Origin: Bacilli bacterium
Lineage (GTDB): Bacteria > Bacillota_I > Bacilli_A > RFN20 > CAG-826
Direction: 5' to 3'
NCBI GenBank assembly: GCA_035367155.1
Contig: DAOSJI010000004.1
Coordinates: 1 to 62,401, forward strand
DNA length: 62,401 nt
The translations under genes and the position numbers were made by a program. Shown piece after piece: positions 43,339 to 52,841 of this stretch. Every line of letters starts with the position of its first letter. Position 1 is the first letter of the stretch. A model generated the notes under the pieces. It made no database searches, was not told the origin of the DNA, and was given only the letters and a program-made list of their open reading frames with translations.

Positions 43339-43863
43339 CTATTTATTAGATAAATCAATCCAATAACGTAGAGTAAATATCATTCGTCCTTCGATAACAT
43401 TATATATTTTACTATCTAGGATACCACCGTTTTTTTCAATTACACGTTTAGAAGCGTAATTATTTGAATGGCAAGTTATTAACACTTTTTCTAAGCCTAT
43501 TTTTTTTGCCTCAATTAGGGCTAAAGAAAGCATCTTCGTACCATATCCTTTATTCCACTCGCTATACCTAATTTTATAACCAATATGTCCTCCATACTTT
43601 TCTAAAGCAGGTGTCAAACGATGTCGAATACTAATTTCTCCAATAAATTCATTGTCTTTTACGAGCCAAAAATAAGAAGCAGGTACATAGTTTTCAGGTA
43701 GATTAATACCTTTATCATAATTTTCAAAATCAGTAAAAATGTCTGATCTTGTATAACCAAAATATTGAGAATATGTAGGATCATAGATTTCTGCTTCTTT
43801 TAATGTTTCTAAATATGAAGCAAGAAACTTTTGTGATGGTTTTACTAACTGAATTTTATTCAT
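43339..43863 (-). CDS. GNAT-family N-acetyltransferase (COG3981-like)
   Basis: Acetyl-CoA binding region RYSEWNKGYGTKML...NYASKRVIEKNGG. Confidence 0.7.
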   Translation of the reverse strand: MNKIQLVKPSQKFLASYLETLKEAEIYDPTYSQYFGYTRSDIFTDFENYDKGINLPENYVPASYFWLVKDNEFIGEISIRHRLTPALEKYGGHIGYKIRYSEWNKGYGTKMLSLALIEAKKIGLEKVLITCHSNNYASKRVIEKNGGILDSKIYNVIEGRMIFTLRYWIDLSNK

Positions 43864-43944
43864 TGTAATTTCCTATCTAACAAACATTAAGAAGAACAAT
43901 CTTAAAGATGGATTAAAGAATCATTTATAATTTTGCAAGTAAGG

Positions 43945-44301
43945 TTATTTATTTTTTTTGGGTTTTAAAGGGTAAATGCCAGAAACTGGTAAAGTAAACA
44001 TAAAACCAATGACTTTTTCGTGTGTGTCAGTTAAGGCATTTTGAATGGCAGATACAACTTCAGGAACTTTTTCTTCTTCGGGGATAACGGTAAAGATTGT
44101 TTTAGAGCCATTTACTTTCTCGGGTAATGTTTTTGAAAATGGTCCACCTAATAAAAAGTTTAAACCTTGTGATTCTAAGACAGCTTTTGCCATACCTTCG
44201 CTGTCAAGAATTGTTGCTCCTCGAACTTTTAGTTTGATAAAAATTTCTAAAATTTCTTGAAGATGTGATAAATCATTTAAAACAATAAATAGAATTTGCA
44301 T
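43945..44301 (-). CDS. PII-like (beta-alpha-beta-beta-alpha-beta) small signalling protein, translationally coupled to the antiporter
   Basis: Length 118 aa. The hydrophobic/polar pattern fits a PII/ferredoxin-like fold. Its GGAGGAG RBS lies inside the last codons of the upstream antiporter, and the start is 2 nt after that gene's stop. Confidence 0.5.
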   Translation of the reverse strand: MQILFIVLNDLSHLQEILEIFIKLKVRGATILDSEGMAKAVLESQGLNFLLGGPFSKTLPEKVNGSKTIFTVIPEEEKVPEVVSAIQNALTDTHEKVIGFMFTLPVSGIYPLKPKKNK

Positions 44302-44303
44302 AA

Positions 44304-45632
44304 TTATTTCTCCTCCGTTGTTTCTATTCCTTCAATACTTGATAATAATTCCAATTTATCAAGACCATTGATTTCGCCTGCTTTACTAATAGCAATTTTA
44401 GCAAAAATCGGACCAGTTGTTTCATAAACTAAGATACTTAGCATAATAATAGTTGAAATAAGTGGATAGAAGTCAGACATTTGGGCTGCTACCATAACAA
44501 GCAAGCCCAGCGACACCCCTCCTTGCGGCAACAAGGCTAAACCAAGATATTTTTGCACGGTCGGTTCAGCTTTTGCTACTACCGCCCCAGTTCTAGCACC
44601 TAAGTATTTACCAAAGCCACGTGCTAAAACATAGGCAACAGCTAGAATTGCAATTAAGGCGCTTTGTCCTAAAATTCTTAGATCAAGTGATGCTCCTGCT
44701 AATGTAAAGAAAATTACATAAAATGGAGTTGTAAAGTCGTTAACACTAGAGAAAGTTTTATTTGGTTTCTTAACAAGGTTAGCAACCATTGTTCCAAGCG
44801 TAATACAAGCAAGAAGTGATGAAAGCGAAATTGCATATTGTTGTAACCATCTATTAAGTAAATATATTATACCAATAGCTAGCAGAATCGATGTAATTGA
44901 AAGTATTTGTAAGTCGTCACGAGATTTATCCATTATATTAGCAAGCTTAGATAAGATAAAACCTAGGACTAGTCCAATAAATACTGATCCTAAAACTTCA
45001 ATAAATGGTTTTGCAATCATTAATGCAACTGGAATTTCACTCGTTGAAACGAGTATTTGTGCGACTGAAAATGCAAAACCAAATGCAACGATACCGTAAA
45101 TATCGTCTAAAGCAGTTACAGGAAGAAGGGCTTTAGTAACAGGGCCATATGCACGGTATTGACGAATAACCATTAGCGTTGCAGCAGGTGCAGTCGCAGC
45201 ACTCATTGATCCTAATACTAGTCCAAAAGCAACATTTCCTTTACTAAAAGGATTATAGCCATCTGGCATTATAGGTGCAGGCTTTGGTATAAAAAACAAT
45301 ATCAAAAACACGCCCAATATCGCAAAAATGACCTCAAAAATAGTAATGATGTTTATTTGACGACCCATTTTTCTAACTTGACCAAAATTAAATTCACTAC
45401 CAATTGAAAAAGCAATAAAGGCAAGAGCCATTTCACTAATAAACTTTAAAGTATTTTGATCTTTTGCAGTTATAAATCCTTCATATCCTTTAAAGATGAT
45501 AGCTAATGATGGGCCAAGGAATAGGCCCATAATTAAATAGCCTGACACATCAGGCAATTTTAATTTTCTTGCGAGTCTACCACCGATAAAGCCGACAATC
45601 AATACAACCGCGACTTTGAAAATTAATTCCAT
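44304..45632 (-). CDS. cation:proton antiporter (Na_H_Exchanger / CPA family), membrane domain only
   Basis: About 12 TM helices. The N-terminus VVLIVGFIGGRLARKLKLPDVSGYLIMGLFLGPS is typical of CPA1/2 antiporters. There is no fused RCK domain. Confidence 0.8.
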   Translation of the reverse strand: MELIFKVAVVLIVGFIGGRLARKLKLPDVSGYLIMGLFLGPSLAIIFKGYEGFITAKDQNTLKFISEMALAFIAFSIGSEFNFGQVRKMGRQINIITIFEVIFAILGVFLILFFIPKPAPIMPDGYNPFSKGNVAFGLVLGSMSAATAPAATLMVIRQYRAYGPVTKALLPVTALDDIYGIVAFGFAFSVAQILVSTSEIPVALMIAKPFIEVLGSVFIGLVLGFILSKLANIMDKSRDDLQILSITSILLAIGIIYLLNRWLQQYAISLSSLLACITLGTMVANLVKKPNKTFSSVNDFTTPFYVIFFTLAGASLDLRILGQSALIAILAVAYVLARGFGKYLGARTGAVVAKAEPTVQKYLGLALLPQGGVSLGLLVMVAAQMSDFYPLISTIIMLSILVYETTGPIFAKIAISKAGEINGLDKLELLSSIEGIETTEEK

Positions 45633-45640
45633 AATTTTTC

Positions 45641-45783
45641 CTCCAAATCTATAAATAATGTGGTCTTAATAACTCCTATGAGGTTAGCTGTCGGGTTAAG
45701 AACAGTAAGTGTCCTCTTAACTGATGTTAATTCACCCCAATTGATTGGGTCCCCCACTCAAATTTATAGATTCGGAGATTCTC
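45641..45783 (-). promoter_or_regulatory. c-di-AMP riboswitch (ydaO/kimA class) in the 5' leader of the antiporter operon
   Basis: The minus-strand RNA CUCCGAAUC...GAGUGGGGGACCCAAU...UUGGGGUGAAU...ACCCGACAGCUAACCUCAUAGGAG matches the conserved blocks of the B. subtilis ydaO element (recalled: CGCUUAAUC...GAGCGGGGGACCCAAU...UUGGGGUGAAUC...CCCGAAUCCGUCAGCUAACCUCGUAAGCG). A promoter lies upstream. Confidence 0.8.
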
Positions 45784-45787
45784 TACG

Positions 45788-45816
45788 ACTATAACATAAG
45801 GTAGTCTTTTAATCAA
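45788..45816 (-). promoter_or_regulatory. sigma-A-type promoter of the riboswitch-antiporter operon
   Basis: On the minus strand: TTGATT (45816-45811), 17-nt spacer, TATAGT (45793-45788). Confidence 0.6.
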
Positions 45817-45928
45817 TAGATTAAAGAGTAAAAAATGTAATTAAATCAATAAGGTCGTCGTATATGAAAATAACACTATTTATGTTATACTCAAAAGCGG
45901 TTAAAAGTATTCATGGAGGTATATAAAT

Positions 45929-46612
45929 ATGCGTACAAAAAGAATTTTAAAAGTCACACTTGGAAGCGTTGTTAATGGTATTGTTGTAGCAATGGCAGCA
46001 CTAGGTAATGTAATTGCTTATCACTTTTACAATTATCTAATCGGTGCACTAGTATATGGTGTTATTTATGGAATTGGTGTCTTTGTCTATAATTATTTCT
46101 TTATGACAGAATCAGTTCATGTAGAAGGTAAGATTAAAGACCATATTGTTGATGTTTTAATTGGTTTTGTTGTTAGTTTAGTTACAATCGCATTAATGGG
46201 TAATTTAATTAGATTCTCATTATTTGGTGATAAATATGGTGAAACAGTAGATTCTTTAATTTCCGGCAAAATGGCGGCTCACCCTCTTAGTGTAGTTGGT
46301 TTAGCGATAGTAACTGGTTTATGTATAGGTATTATGAAACTAGCTATTAAAGGAACAACTAAGAAAAGTCATCACTATTTAATTACTGTTGTAATTGCTT
46401 TTGCCTATGTAGCAATGGGAAGTTCCCCCTATATTAGTGAGTTAATGTATGTCTCTTTATCTCATAAACTTTTTACAGGTCAAGGTATCCTTCATCTATT
46501 ACTTTTATTAGCAGGCAACTATATTGGTTTCTTGGTAACGTTACCATTTGCAAAGGCATTTAAAGAACCTAAAGTCTTAGAAACAAAAGAAGAACAAACA
46601 AAAAACGAATAA
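45929..46612 (+). CDS. hypothetical polytopic membrane protein
   Basis: GGAGG RBS and about 6 TM segments. No recognisable family. Confidence 0.6.
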   Translation: MRTKRILKVTLGSVVNGIVVAMAALGNVIAYHFYNYLIGALVYGVIYGIGVFVYNYFFMTESVHVEGKIKDHIVDVLIGFVVSLVTIALMGNLIRFSLFGDKYGETVDSLISGKMAAHPLSVVGLAIVTGLCIGIMKLAIKGTTKKSHHYLITVVIAFAYVAMGSSPYISELMYVSLSHKLFTGQGILHLLLLLAGNYIGFLVTLPFAKAFKEPKVLETKEEQTKNE

Positions 46613-46680
46613 AATAGATATTGATTAATTAAGTAAATGGTGTAGAATGAGAAAATAGTTTAACTATTTTTGAATACACC

Positions 46681-48384
46681 ATGACAAAAGAAAAAAAGGA
46701 ATTACGTAAATATTTGATTGCTACACTATTAGGTGTAGCGGTACTAACAACAACTTATTTTGTTAGAAATGAGTTTAGTTTTAATGCGCGTGGAGAAAAT
46801 ACAACATATACAATTCAATTTAGCGATTTGAAAAATAAAATCGCTACTGGAACATATAATCCATCAGGATATGATGGAACTGGTACAGTTACAACTGAGT
46901 TAGGTAATAATCTAAATTTTGATTTTGTAGGGCTTAGAAACGATGCAACCATTTGGCAAACTATAAATGCTAATGGGTATATTACTAATAAAACTAGAAT
47001 AAGCGGGATGTCAAGCTTAGTAGTAAACAAAAAAGATACTAACTGCAATATCAAGGTGTATTGGTCAGATTCGACCTCTTTTATTGAATCAAGAAGCATT
47101 GTATTTGATCAAAGTAGCCCTCTACAAGTAGAAACAACGTTTGATGGATTTAAACCTAATTATTTTAAACTTTTAGCAATAGGGGCTGCAGCCTCTTCAA
47201 TTGAAAGTATGACTTTAACTTTTTCATGTATGCCAGAATATCCAACAGTTTTAGCAGAATCAACTGATATTGAAAGAGGCTATACAACTGGAAGTGGTAT
47301 TTATCAGGTCGGTGTAAATGTTACGGTTGATGCTACCGCTAACTCGGGTTTCTTATTTAAGGGATGGTACGATGAAAACGATATTTTAATTTCAAGTACG
47401 CCCTCATATACCTTCATAATGCCGTCCTATGATGTTACATATTATGCTCATTTTAAGATTGACTTAGGCCTCTTAATTAAAGGTGATAATATTGAATTTG
47501 GATCTTATCCTCAAAGTAATGTTACTGATACAACGATTATTTCTGAACTTAATAGCTTAGCAGGAACACTACCTACCCCAACAAATAGTTATGCTTGGAC
47601 AGATTATAACTATTACATAAACTCTCAAATAACATCATACATGTGGTATATAGATTTACCTTTAGGTGATGATATATATCGAGGTGTTTACTTTACTTCA
47701 TATCGTCTTTATAATACCTCAGTATCTCAAAGTGCAGGCTCGTCATATCAAGATGATAACGGCTACTTTATTAACAATACATATTGGTTTAAATTTGATC
47801 CAATACAATGGAAAATAAGAGATCTATCAGCTGATAAGGCGTTTTTGGTTTCTAATTTAATTCTAGATTGTCAAGATTTTAATCCTTTTACTGTGGCACG
47901 TAATATAAATGGAAATACGGTATATGCTAACAATTATGAATACTCTTCAATTAGAACATGGCTAAATTCTAAATTTTATAATGTCTCTTTTGATAGTGAG
48001 CAAAAATCTCGCATTTTAACTACATTAGTTGATAATAGTCTACCTACAACCGGATATCCATCATTACCATATGTTTGTAATAATACTTGCGATAAAGTCT
48101 TTTTATTGAGCTATTCAGAAGCAAGTAGTTCAAATTATCTATTCTCTACTAATGCTGACCGTGTATTTGTTTCAACAGAATATTCACAATCTCAAAATCT
48201 ATATGTTTACCTAAGTTCAAACAAAGAGTGTGGCCGGTGGTTTTTACGCTCTCCAGCCGAAAATCCTCAAACAAATGCAAATTATTTAGTTAGATCTACT
48301 CATAACGGAGGAATCTTTACACCGAACATGTGGTCAATCGAAACGTATCGTGGAGTTGTGCCTGCAATTTGGATTGAACGATAA
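46681..48384 (+). CDS. membrane-anchored surface protein with a Listeria/Bacteroides-type (Flg_new, G-x-x-F-x-GWY) repeat and a DUF6273-like C-terminal domain
   Basis: N-terminal signal anchor. GFLFKGWYDEND repeat. C-terminal region with FGSYPQ, IQWKIRDL, SIRTWLN, KVFLLSYSEA, WFLRSP and VVPAIWI, which is characteristic of DUF6273 as I recall it. Confidence 0.6.
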   Translation: MTKEKKELRKYLIATLLGVAVLTTTYFVRNEFSFNARGENTTYTIQFSDLKNKIATGTYNPSGYDGTGTVTTELGNNLNFDFVGLRNDATIWQTINANGYITNKTRISGMSSLVVNKKDTNCNIKVYWSDSTSFIESRSIVFDQSSPLQVETTFDGFKPNYFKLLAIGAAASSIESMTLTFSCMPEYPTVLAESTDIERGYTTGSGIYQVGVNVTVDATANSGFLFKGWYDENDILISSTPSYTFIMPSYDVTYYAHFKIDLGLLIKGDNIEFGSYPQSNVTDTTIISELNSLAGTLPTPTNSYAWTDYNYYINSQITSYMWYIDLPLGDDIYRGVYFTSYRLYNTSVSQSAGSSYQDDNGYFINNTYWFKFDPIQWKIRDLSADKAFLVSNLILDCQDFNPFTVARNINGNTVYANNYEYSSIRTWLNSKFYNVSFDSEQKSRILTTLVDNSLPTTGYPSLPYVCNNTCDKVFLLSYSEASSSNYLFSTNADRVFVSTEYSQSQNLYVYLSSNKECGRWFLRSPAENPQTNANYLVRSTHNGGIFTPNMWSIETYRGVVPAIWIER

Positions 48385-48440
48385 ATTAAACAATCAATTG
48401 ACAAGTTTATTAACATAACTTAGAATTATTGAGCGTCAAT

Positions 48441-48516
48441 GGGGCTGTAGCTCACCTGGGAGAGCGCCTCCATGGCATGGAGGAGGTAGCGAGTTCGATC
48501 CTCGTCAGCTCCACCA
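48441..48516 (+). tRNA. tRNA-Ala (anticodon GGC)
   Basis: Acceptor GGGGCTG/CAGCTCC with the G3:U70 identity pair. Anticodon arm CCTCC-ATGGCAT-GGAGG. Encoded CCA. Confidence 0.9.
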
Positions 48517-48610
48517 TTTACGCTCAAAACACCTTATAGGTGTTTTTTCTTTTATTTTTTATTAATTATTTAATTAGGAATATAATATATTTAGGAAAGA
48601 GGTATTTGAG

Positions 48611-50377
48611 ATGAAAAAGAATATGCTTTGTTTACTAACCTTTTTAATTCTTGCAAGTTGTAAGTGCGGCGTTCCAATATCAAGCAGCGAACCACCTAGT
48701 GAACATATGGATATAACAAGTGAAGATTTTGTTATTGAAGGTGTTTATGAAAATGATGTAAGTAGTCCTTATGTCTATTTTCAAAATAAGTATTACGATA
48801 TGAGAACTGATGAATTAGTCCCAACTACTTTATTTGATAATAAAGCTGTTCCTTCTTATTTAGAACTACCATCATACGATGAAAATGATTATGTTTTTTA
48901 TGTATTAACTGCATCTTTACCCGTTTTATATGGATCACTTATTGCATTTAATACAAATGCTCCAAATACATATTTTTGGTTTGAACGTGGTAATACATTT
49001 AGTGTTCAGTATACAATGGAAAACTTCCCTAATTTTACTTTTCTAGAAGGTCAAACATTTGATAATAGAGTAAGTGGCTACAAGTATTTAGCCATGCGTC
49101 AAACTGTAAGAGATATTATTGCAACTAATCCAAATGCTAAGTTTCATCTTTATATAAATGATACAACCGTAAGCCTAATTTTAGATATTATGGTTCAAGC
49201 TGGCGTTAATTTTAGCGATTTAAATGTTACTTTTCTAAGTGACGGGACTTTTACTTATGGATGTTATAAAGATAATCTTCCAGAAGAAGTCTATTCTGCG
49301 CAAAAGAGTTACTTTGAAGCAGTCCTTGCTGAATATGAAAATATAGAAAATCGTGCGATTGATGACTTTTATATTAATTTTGTTCAACCAGGAACAACTC
49401 TAAATGAAAACTATAAACTTGAAGGAACTGCTAGAGGTCTTGACCGTCTTTCCTTTATGCTTGATGCTAATTATCCAAATGTAAAACATATTATGCAATT
49501 TCCTGAACTTTTAACTAATGAAGGCGAAGCAGTCACTTCAGATCGTGAAGCAATGCTTCAAGCGATTAATAAAAGACAACCAAGCGAATACTTTTATAAT
49601 TTAGAAGAAACTGTGCGAAATCAGGTTCATTTAGCTTTTATGGCAGGTGCTGTTGCCTATACTTATAATCCAGATACTGGGGAACACTACTTTGATAATG
49701 CCGCAAATTTAGAAACACTTGAAGATGCAATTGCTTATTTTGATGAAAAACTTCTCACCCCTACAAAACAGCCAGTTGTAATTACTGGAACAAGAGATGT
49801 TAATACCTCTTCAACTGTTCCATATGGAGAACAACAACTAGAATTTAACGAATCATATATGCTTCAAACGATTGAATATTACAATGTTAAAAGTAATTTT
49901 GTTCATGAAAATGCTATATTTGATAGCAAAACCTCGACGATATCTTTATATGAAGGAGAAGAAGTTGTTGCAATTCTTGAAGCTGGGTATGGAAGTATTG
50001 ATGGAGTTAGACCAGTTGAAAAACTTATTGAAACTAGAGATTATAAACTTAAATATCGTGAAAGAGAGTTAAGCCCTGGAGAAAATGGCGGAGTATTTTA
50101 TTTTAAACCTCACCCATCTTGCATGCCACTTGGTGTATTTAGTGACTTCTTACTAGAAAAAGGTATTGAAGTTTTACCAAGAAGAACTCCAGCAGAAATT
50201 TTCCTATGGTTATATCCTGATGTTGATTACGGTGGATTTACAAGTTCTCTCTATATGAGTGCTTCAGCTGATCAAACTAGATTTTATTATGCAGATGACA
50301 TGAGTGCACTTGCTAACCCAACTAACATACTTGCTGAATTAGGATACTATCCTAATGCTTACTATTTTCAAAAGTAG
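48611..50377 (+). CDS. hypothetical lipoprotein (588 aa)
   Basis: Signal peptide with lipobox LILASC. No recognisable domain. Confidence 0.65.
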   Translation: MKKNMLCLLTFLILASCKCGVPISSSEPPSEHMDITSEDFVIEGVYENDVSSPYVYFQNKYYDMRTDELVPTTLFDNKAVPSYLELPSYDENDYVFYVLTASLPVLYGSLIAFNTNAPNTYFWFERGNTFSVQYTMENFPNFTFLEGQTFDNRVSGYKYLAMRQTVRDIIATNPNAKFHLYINDTTVSLILDIMVQAGVNFSDLNVTFLSDGTFTYGCYKDNLPEEVYSAQKSYFEAVLAEYENIENRAIDDFYINFVQPGTTLNENYKLEGTARGLDRLSFMLDANYPNVKHIMQFPELLTNEGEAVTSDREAMLQAINKRQPSEYFYNLEETVRNQVHLAFMAGAVAYTYNPDTGEHYFDNAANLETLEDAIAYFDEKLLTPTKQPVVITGTRDVNTSSTVPYGEQQLEFNESYMLQTIEYYNVKSNFVHENAIFDSKTSTISLYEGEEVVAILEAGYGSIDGVRPVEKLIETRDYKLKYRERELSPGENGGVFYFKPHPSCMPLGVFSDFLLEKGIEVLPRRTPAEIFLWLYPDVDYGGFTSSLYMSASADQTRFYYADDMSALANPTNILAELGYYPNAYYFQK

Positions 50378-50392
50378 TTAATGTTTCTATGT

Positions 50393-50477
50393 GGAGCCTT
50401 GGCGGAACTGGTATACGCGCTAGTTTCAGAAGCTAGTACTTAATAGTGTTCGAGTTCAAATCTCGAAGGCTCCACCA
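50393..50477 (+). tRNA. tRNA-Leu (anticodon CAG), class II with a long variable arm
   Basis: Acceptor GGAGCCT/AGGCTCC, anticodon arm CTAGT-TTCAGAA-GCTAG, T arm TCGAG-TTCAAAT-CTCGA, encoded CCA. A terminator follows at about 50484-50516. Confidence 0.85.
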
Positions 50478-50672
50478 TAAATAAACAGGTATTGGTAACA
50501 ATGCCTGTTTTTTTAAAAAGAGTAAGGTTTTGTAGTGTTTTAATTAAAAAAGAAGAGATTTGCAATGGTTTTCACATACGTATTTAATATGTGTATTACT
50601 ATCAATAGTAATAAGTGATATTAAGATCTATTTGTGTTAAAATGTATCAAGAAAGTATGGCGTTAGATTAAT

Positions 50673-51239
50673 ATGGCGGAAAGAAAAACTAAAGTTATTC
50701 TTGTAGGAGGTGACTTAGCAAGTGGTAAGTCAACCTTTGCCCATCAATTTAGTAGTAAGCACAATATTATATGCCTTACAAAAGATAGATTTAAAGAAAT
50801 ATTAGCCGATAGTTTTGGGTTTAAAAATCGAAAAGAAAATTACCATTTAAGTAAAACTACTTTTAAATTGCTGTATTATTCATGTGAAAGGGCACTTGAA
50901 AGTAAGGTAGATGTTTTGTTAGAAAGTAATTTTCGCCAATATGAGGTTAATGAAATTGAAGAGTTGGTAAAAAAATATAATGCAGACTTAGTTAGTCTTG
51001 TATTCTATGGTGAACCAAACGAATTATTTAGGCGTTATAACGAACGAATTAAGCAAGGTAATCGACATATCGCCCATCAAAGTGAAGAATTTAATAGTAT
51101 TGAAGAATTTAAAGAACTGTTAGATAAAATGCATTTAGTCAAATTTCCAGGTCGTGTTATGTATATAGATAACACTGAACTTAAAGTTTTTAATGATGAG
51201 AAAATTGTTAAGTCTATTGATGACTTTGTTTTTAATTAA
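50673..51239 (+). CDS. P-loop NTPase / small-molecule kinase-like protein (AAA_33-like)
   Basis: Walker A motif GGDLASGKST near the N-terminus. Length 188 aa. Confidence 0.5.
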   Translation: MAERKTKVILVGGDLASGKSTFAHQFSSKHNIICLTKDRFKEILADSFGFKNRKENYHLSKTTFKLLYYSCERALESKVDVLLESNFRQYEVNEIEELVKKYNADLVSLVFYGEPNELFRRYNERIKQGNRHIAHQSEEFNSIEEFKELLDKMHLVKFPGRVMYIDNTELKVFNDEKIVKSIDDFVFN

Positions 51240-51250
51240 GGAAAAAGAAA

Positions 51251-52828
51251 ATGGTTAACGAAAATAAACATAAAAACTATCGACCACGCCATAAGATGAA
51301 GCGACATATAATAGGGAAAATTTTCTCAAGAACAAGTTTGATTCTTGTTCTTTTCCTTCTTCAACTTGCATTACTTGTATTTGTTTTAATTTACTATTCT
51401 AAACAATTCTATACATACTTCTTTATTCATCAATTAATATCTATAATTTTGTTAGCATTTATACTTGCGCAAGACACCGAACAAACATATAAGATTGCGT
51501 GGATTATTACTATTATGTTAATCCCTTTTCTTGGATCGTTGATCTACATACTTGTAAGAATTGATATCATTCCTCATTTGTTTAAAAAGTCATACCGAAA
51601 AGAGATTGAAAAGAACAAATTAATATTAGACAAGAACTCACAGATAAGAAAAGAATTCAACAAAAAAGATGCCCGTTTTGCAGGTTTGGCAAACTATTTG
51701 CAAAGTAAGGCTTATTTCCCAACCTACAAAAATAATGATTTAAAATATTATAAAGTTGGTGACTTAGCATTTGAAGATATTTTAGAATCTCTAAGAAATG
51801 CTAAAAAATTTATTACTCTTGAATTTTTTATTGTTAAAGATGGCATCTTTTGGCGAGAGGTTTTAAAAATCTTAAAAGAAAAAGCAAAAGAAGATATTGA
51901 AATATATTTTCTTTATGACGGACTCAATGAAATGTTTAATGTTTCTCGACGTTTACCTAAAAGATTAGAGAAATTCGGCATTAATGCACGTGTTTTTGCC
52001 CCAGCCAAAAGCCCATATCCACATAGAGAAAATTATCGTAATCACCGAAAATCAATCATAATTGATGGGGAAGTTGCTTTTGTAGGAGGAATAAATCTAG
52101 CAGATGAATATATCAACCAAGAAGAACGATTTGGTCATTGGAAAGATGCTGTTTTACGCGTCAAAGGTAACAGCGTTAATTCAATTACAGTAATGTTTTT
52201 TACTATGTGGAATCTAAGAAATAGAAAGCCGATAGATCCTAAAACATATATTGTTGATAATCATAAGTCTTATGAACGAAATAACTTTGTTGTTCCATAT
52301 GGGGATTCTCCATTTTCAAAAGAAACAATTGCATACAATGTCTACTTAGAAATTATTAATAAAGCAACAGATTATGTATATATTTGTTCGCCATATTTAA
52401 TTTTGACGCGTGAATTTACAAACGCTATTGAATATGCAAGTCGTCGCGGCGTTGATGTAAGAATTTTAATGCCGGGTATTCCAGATAAGAAAATACCATT
52501 TTTAGTAGCTAGAACATATTATAAAGAACTTATAAAAAGCGGTATTAAGATTTATGAGTACACGCCAGGATTTAGTCATAGTAAGTTATTTGTAAGTGAC
52601 GATGTTGTTTCTACAGTAGGATCTTCAAATCTAGACTTTAGATCATTTTTCTTAAGTTTTGAAAATGGGGTTTTTTGTCATGATGAAAAACTAGCGAAAA
52701 ATATTAAAAATGATTTAGTAACTACATTTAAGCAAAGTGAACTAATTACACTTGAAAAATACAAAACCATGAGTAAATGGGATAAAATTATTGGTCAAAT
52801 TTTCCGTATTTTTATTCCTTTATTATAG
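51251..52828 (+). CDS. cls: cardiolipin synthase (PLD superfamily)
   Basis: Two N-terminal TM helices plus two HKD motifs (HRKSIIID and HSKLFVSD). Confidence 0.85.
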   Translation: MVNENKHKNYRPRHKMKRHIIGKIFSRTSLILVLFLLQLALLVFVLIYYSKQFYTYFFIHQLISIILLAFILAQDTEQTYKIAWIITIMLIPFLGSLIYILVRIDIIPHLFKKSYRKEIEKNKLILDKNSQIRKEFNKKDARFAGLANYLQSKAYFPTYKNNDLKYYKVGDLAFEDILESLRNAKKFITLEFFIVKDGIFWREVLKILKEKAKEDIEIYFLYDGLNEMFNVSRRLPKRLEKFGINARVFAPAKSPYPHRENYRNHRKSIIIDGEVAFVGGINLADEYINQEERFGHWKDAVLRVKGNSVNSITVMFFTMWNLRNRKPIDPKTYIVDNHKSYERNNFVVPYGDSPFSKETIAYNVYLEIINKATDYVYICSPYLILTREFTNAIEYASRRGVDVRILMPGIPDKKIPFLVARTYYKELIKSGIKIYEYTPGFSHSKLFVSDDVVSTVGSSNLDFRSFFLSFENGVFCHDEKLAKNIKNDLVTTFKQSELITLEKYKTMSKWDKIIGQIFRIFIPLL

Positions 52829-52841
52829 AAAGAAGTAATTT

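Noticed and set aside
43339-43863. The GNAT acetyltransferase next to tRNA-Arg, considered as a TacT/AtaT-type tRNA-acetylating toxin.
   Set aside because: There is no small antitoxin gene upstream or overlapping. The sequence pattern fits ordinary COG3981-type acetyltransferases. Adjacency to the tRNA is probably incidental.
50393-50477. A tRNA with a long variable arm and a TTTCAGA-like loop, considered as tRNA-Sec or a UCA suppressor.
   Set aside because: Proper register of the 5-bp anticodon stem (CTAGT/GCTAG) gives the loop TTCAGAA, so the anticodon is CAG. The 7-bp acceptor and Leu-like D arm fit class II tRNA-Leu.
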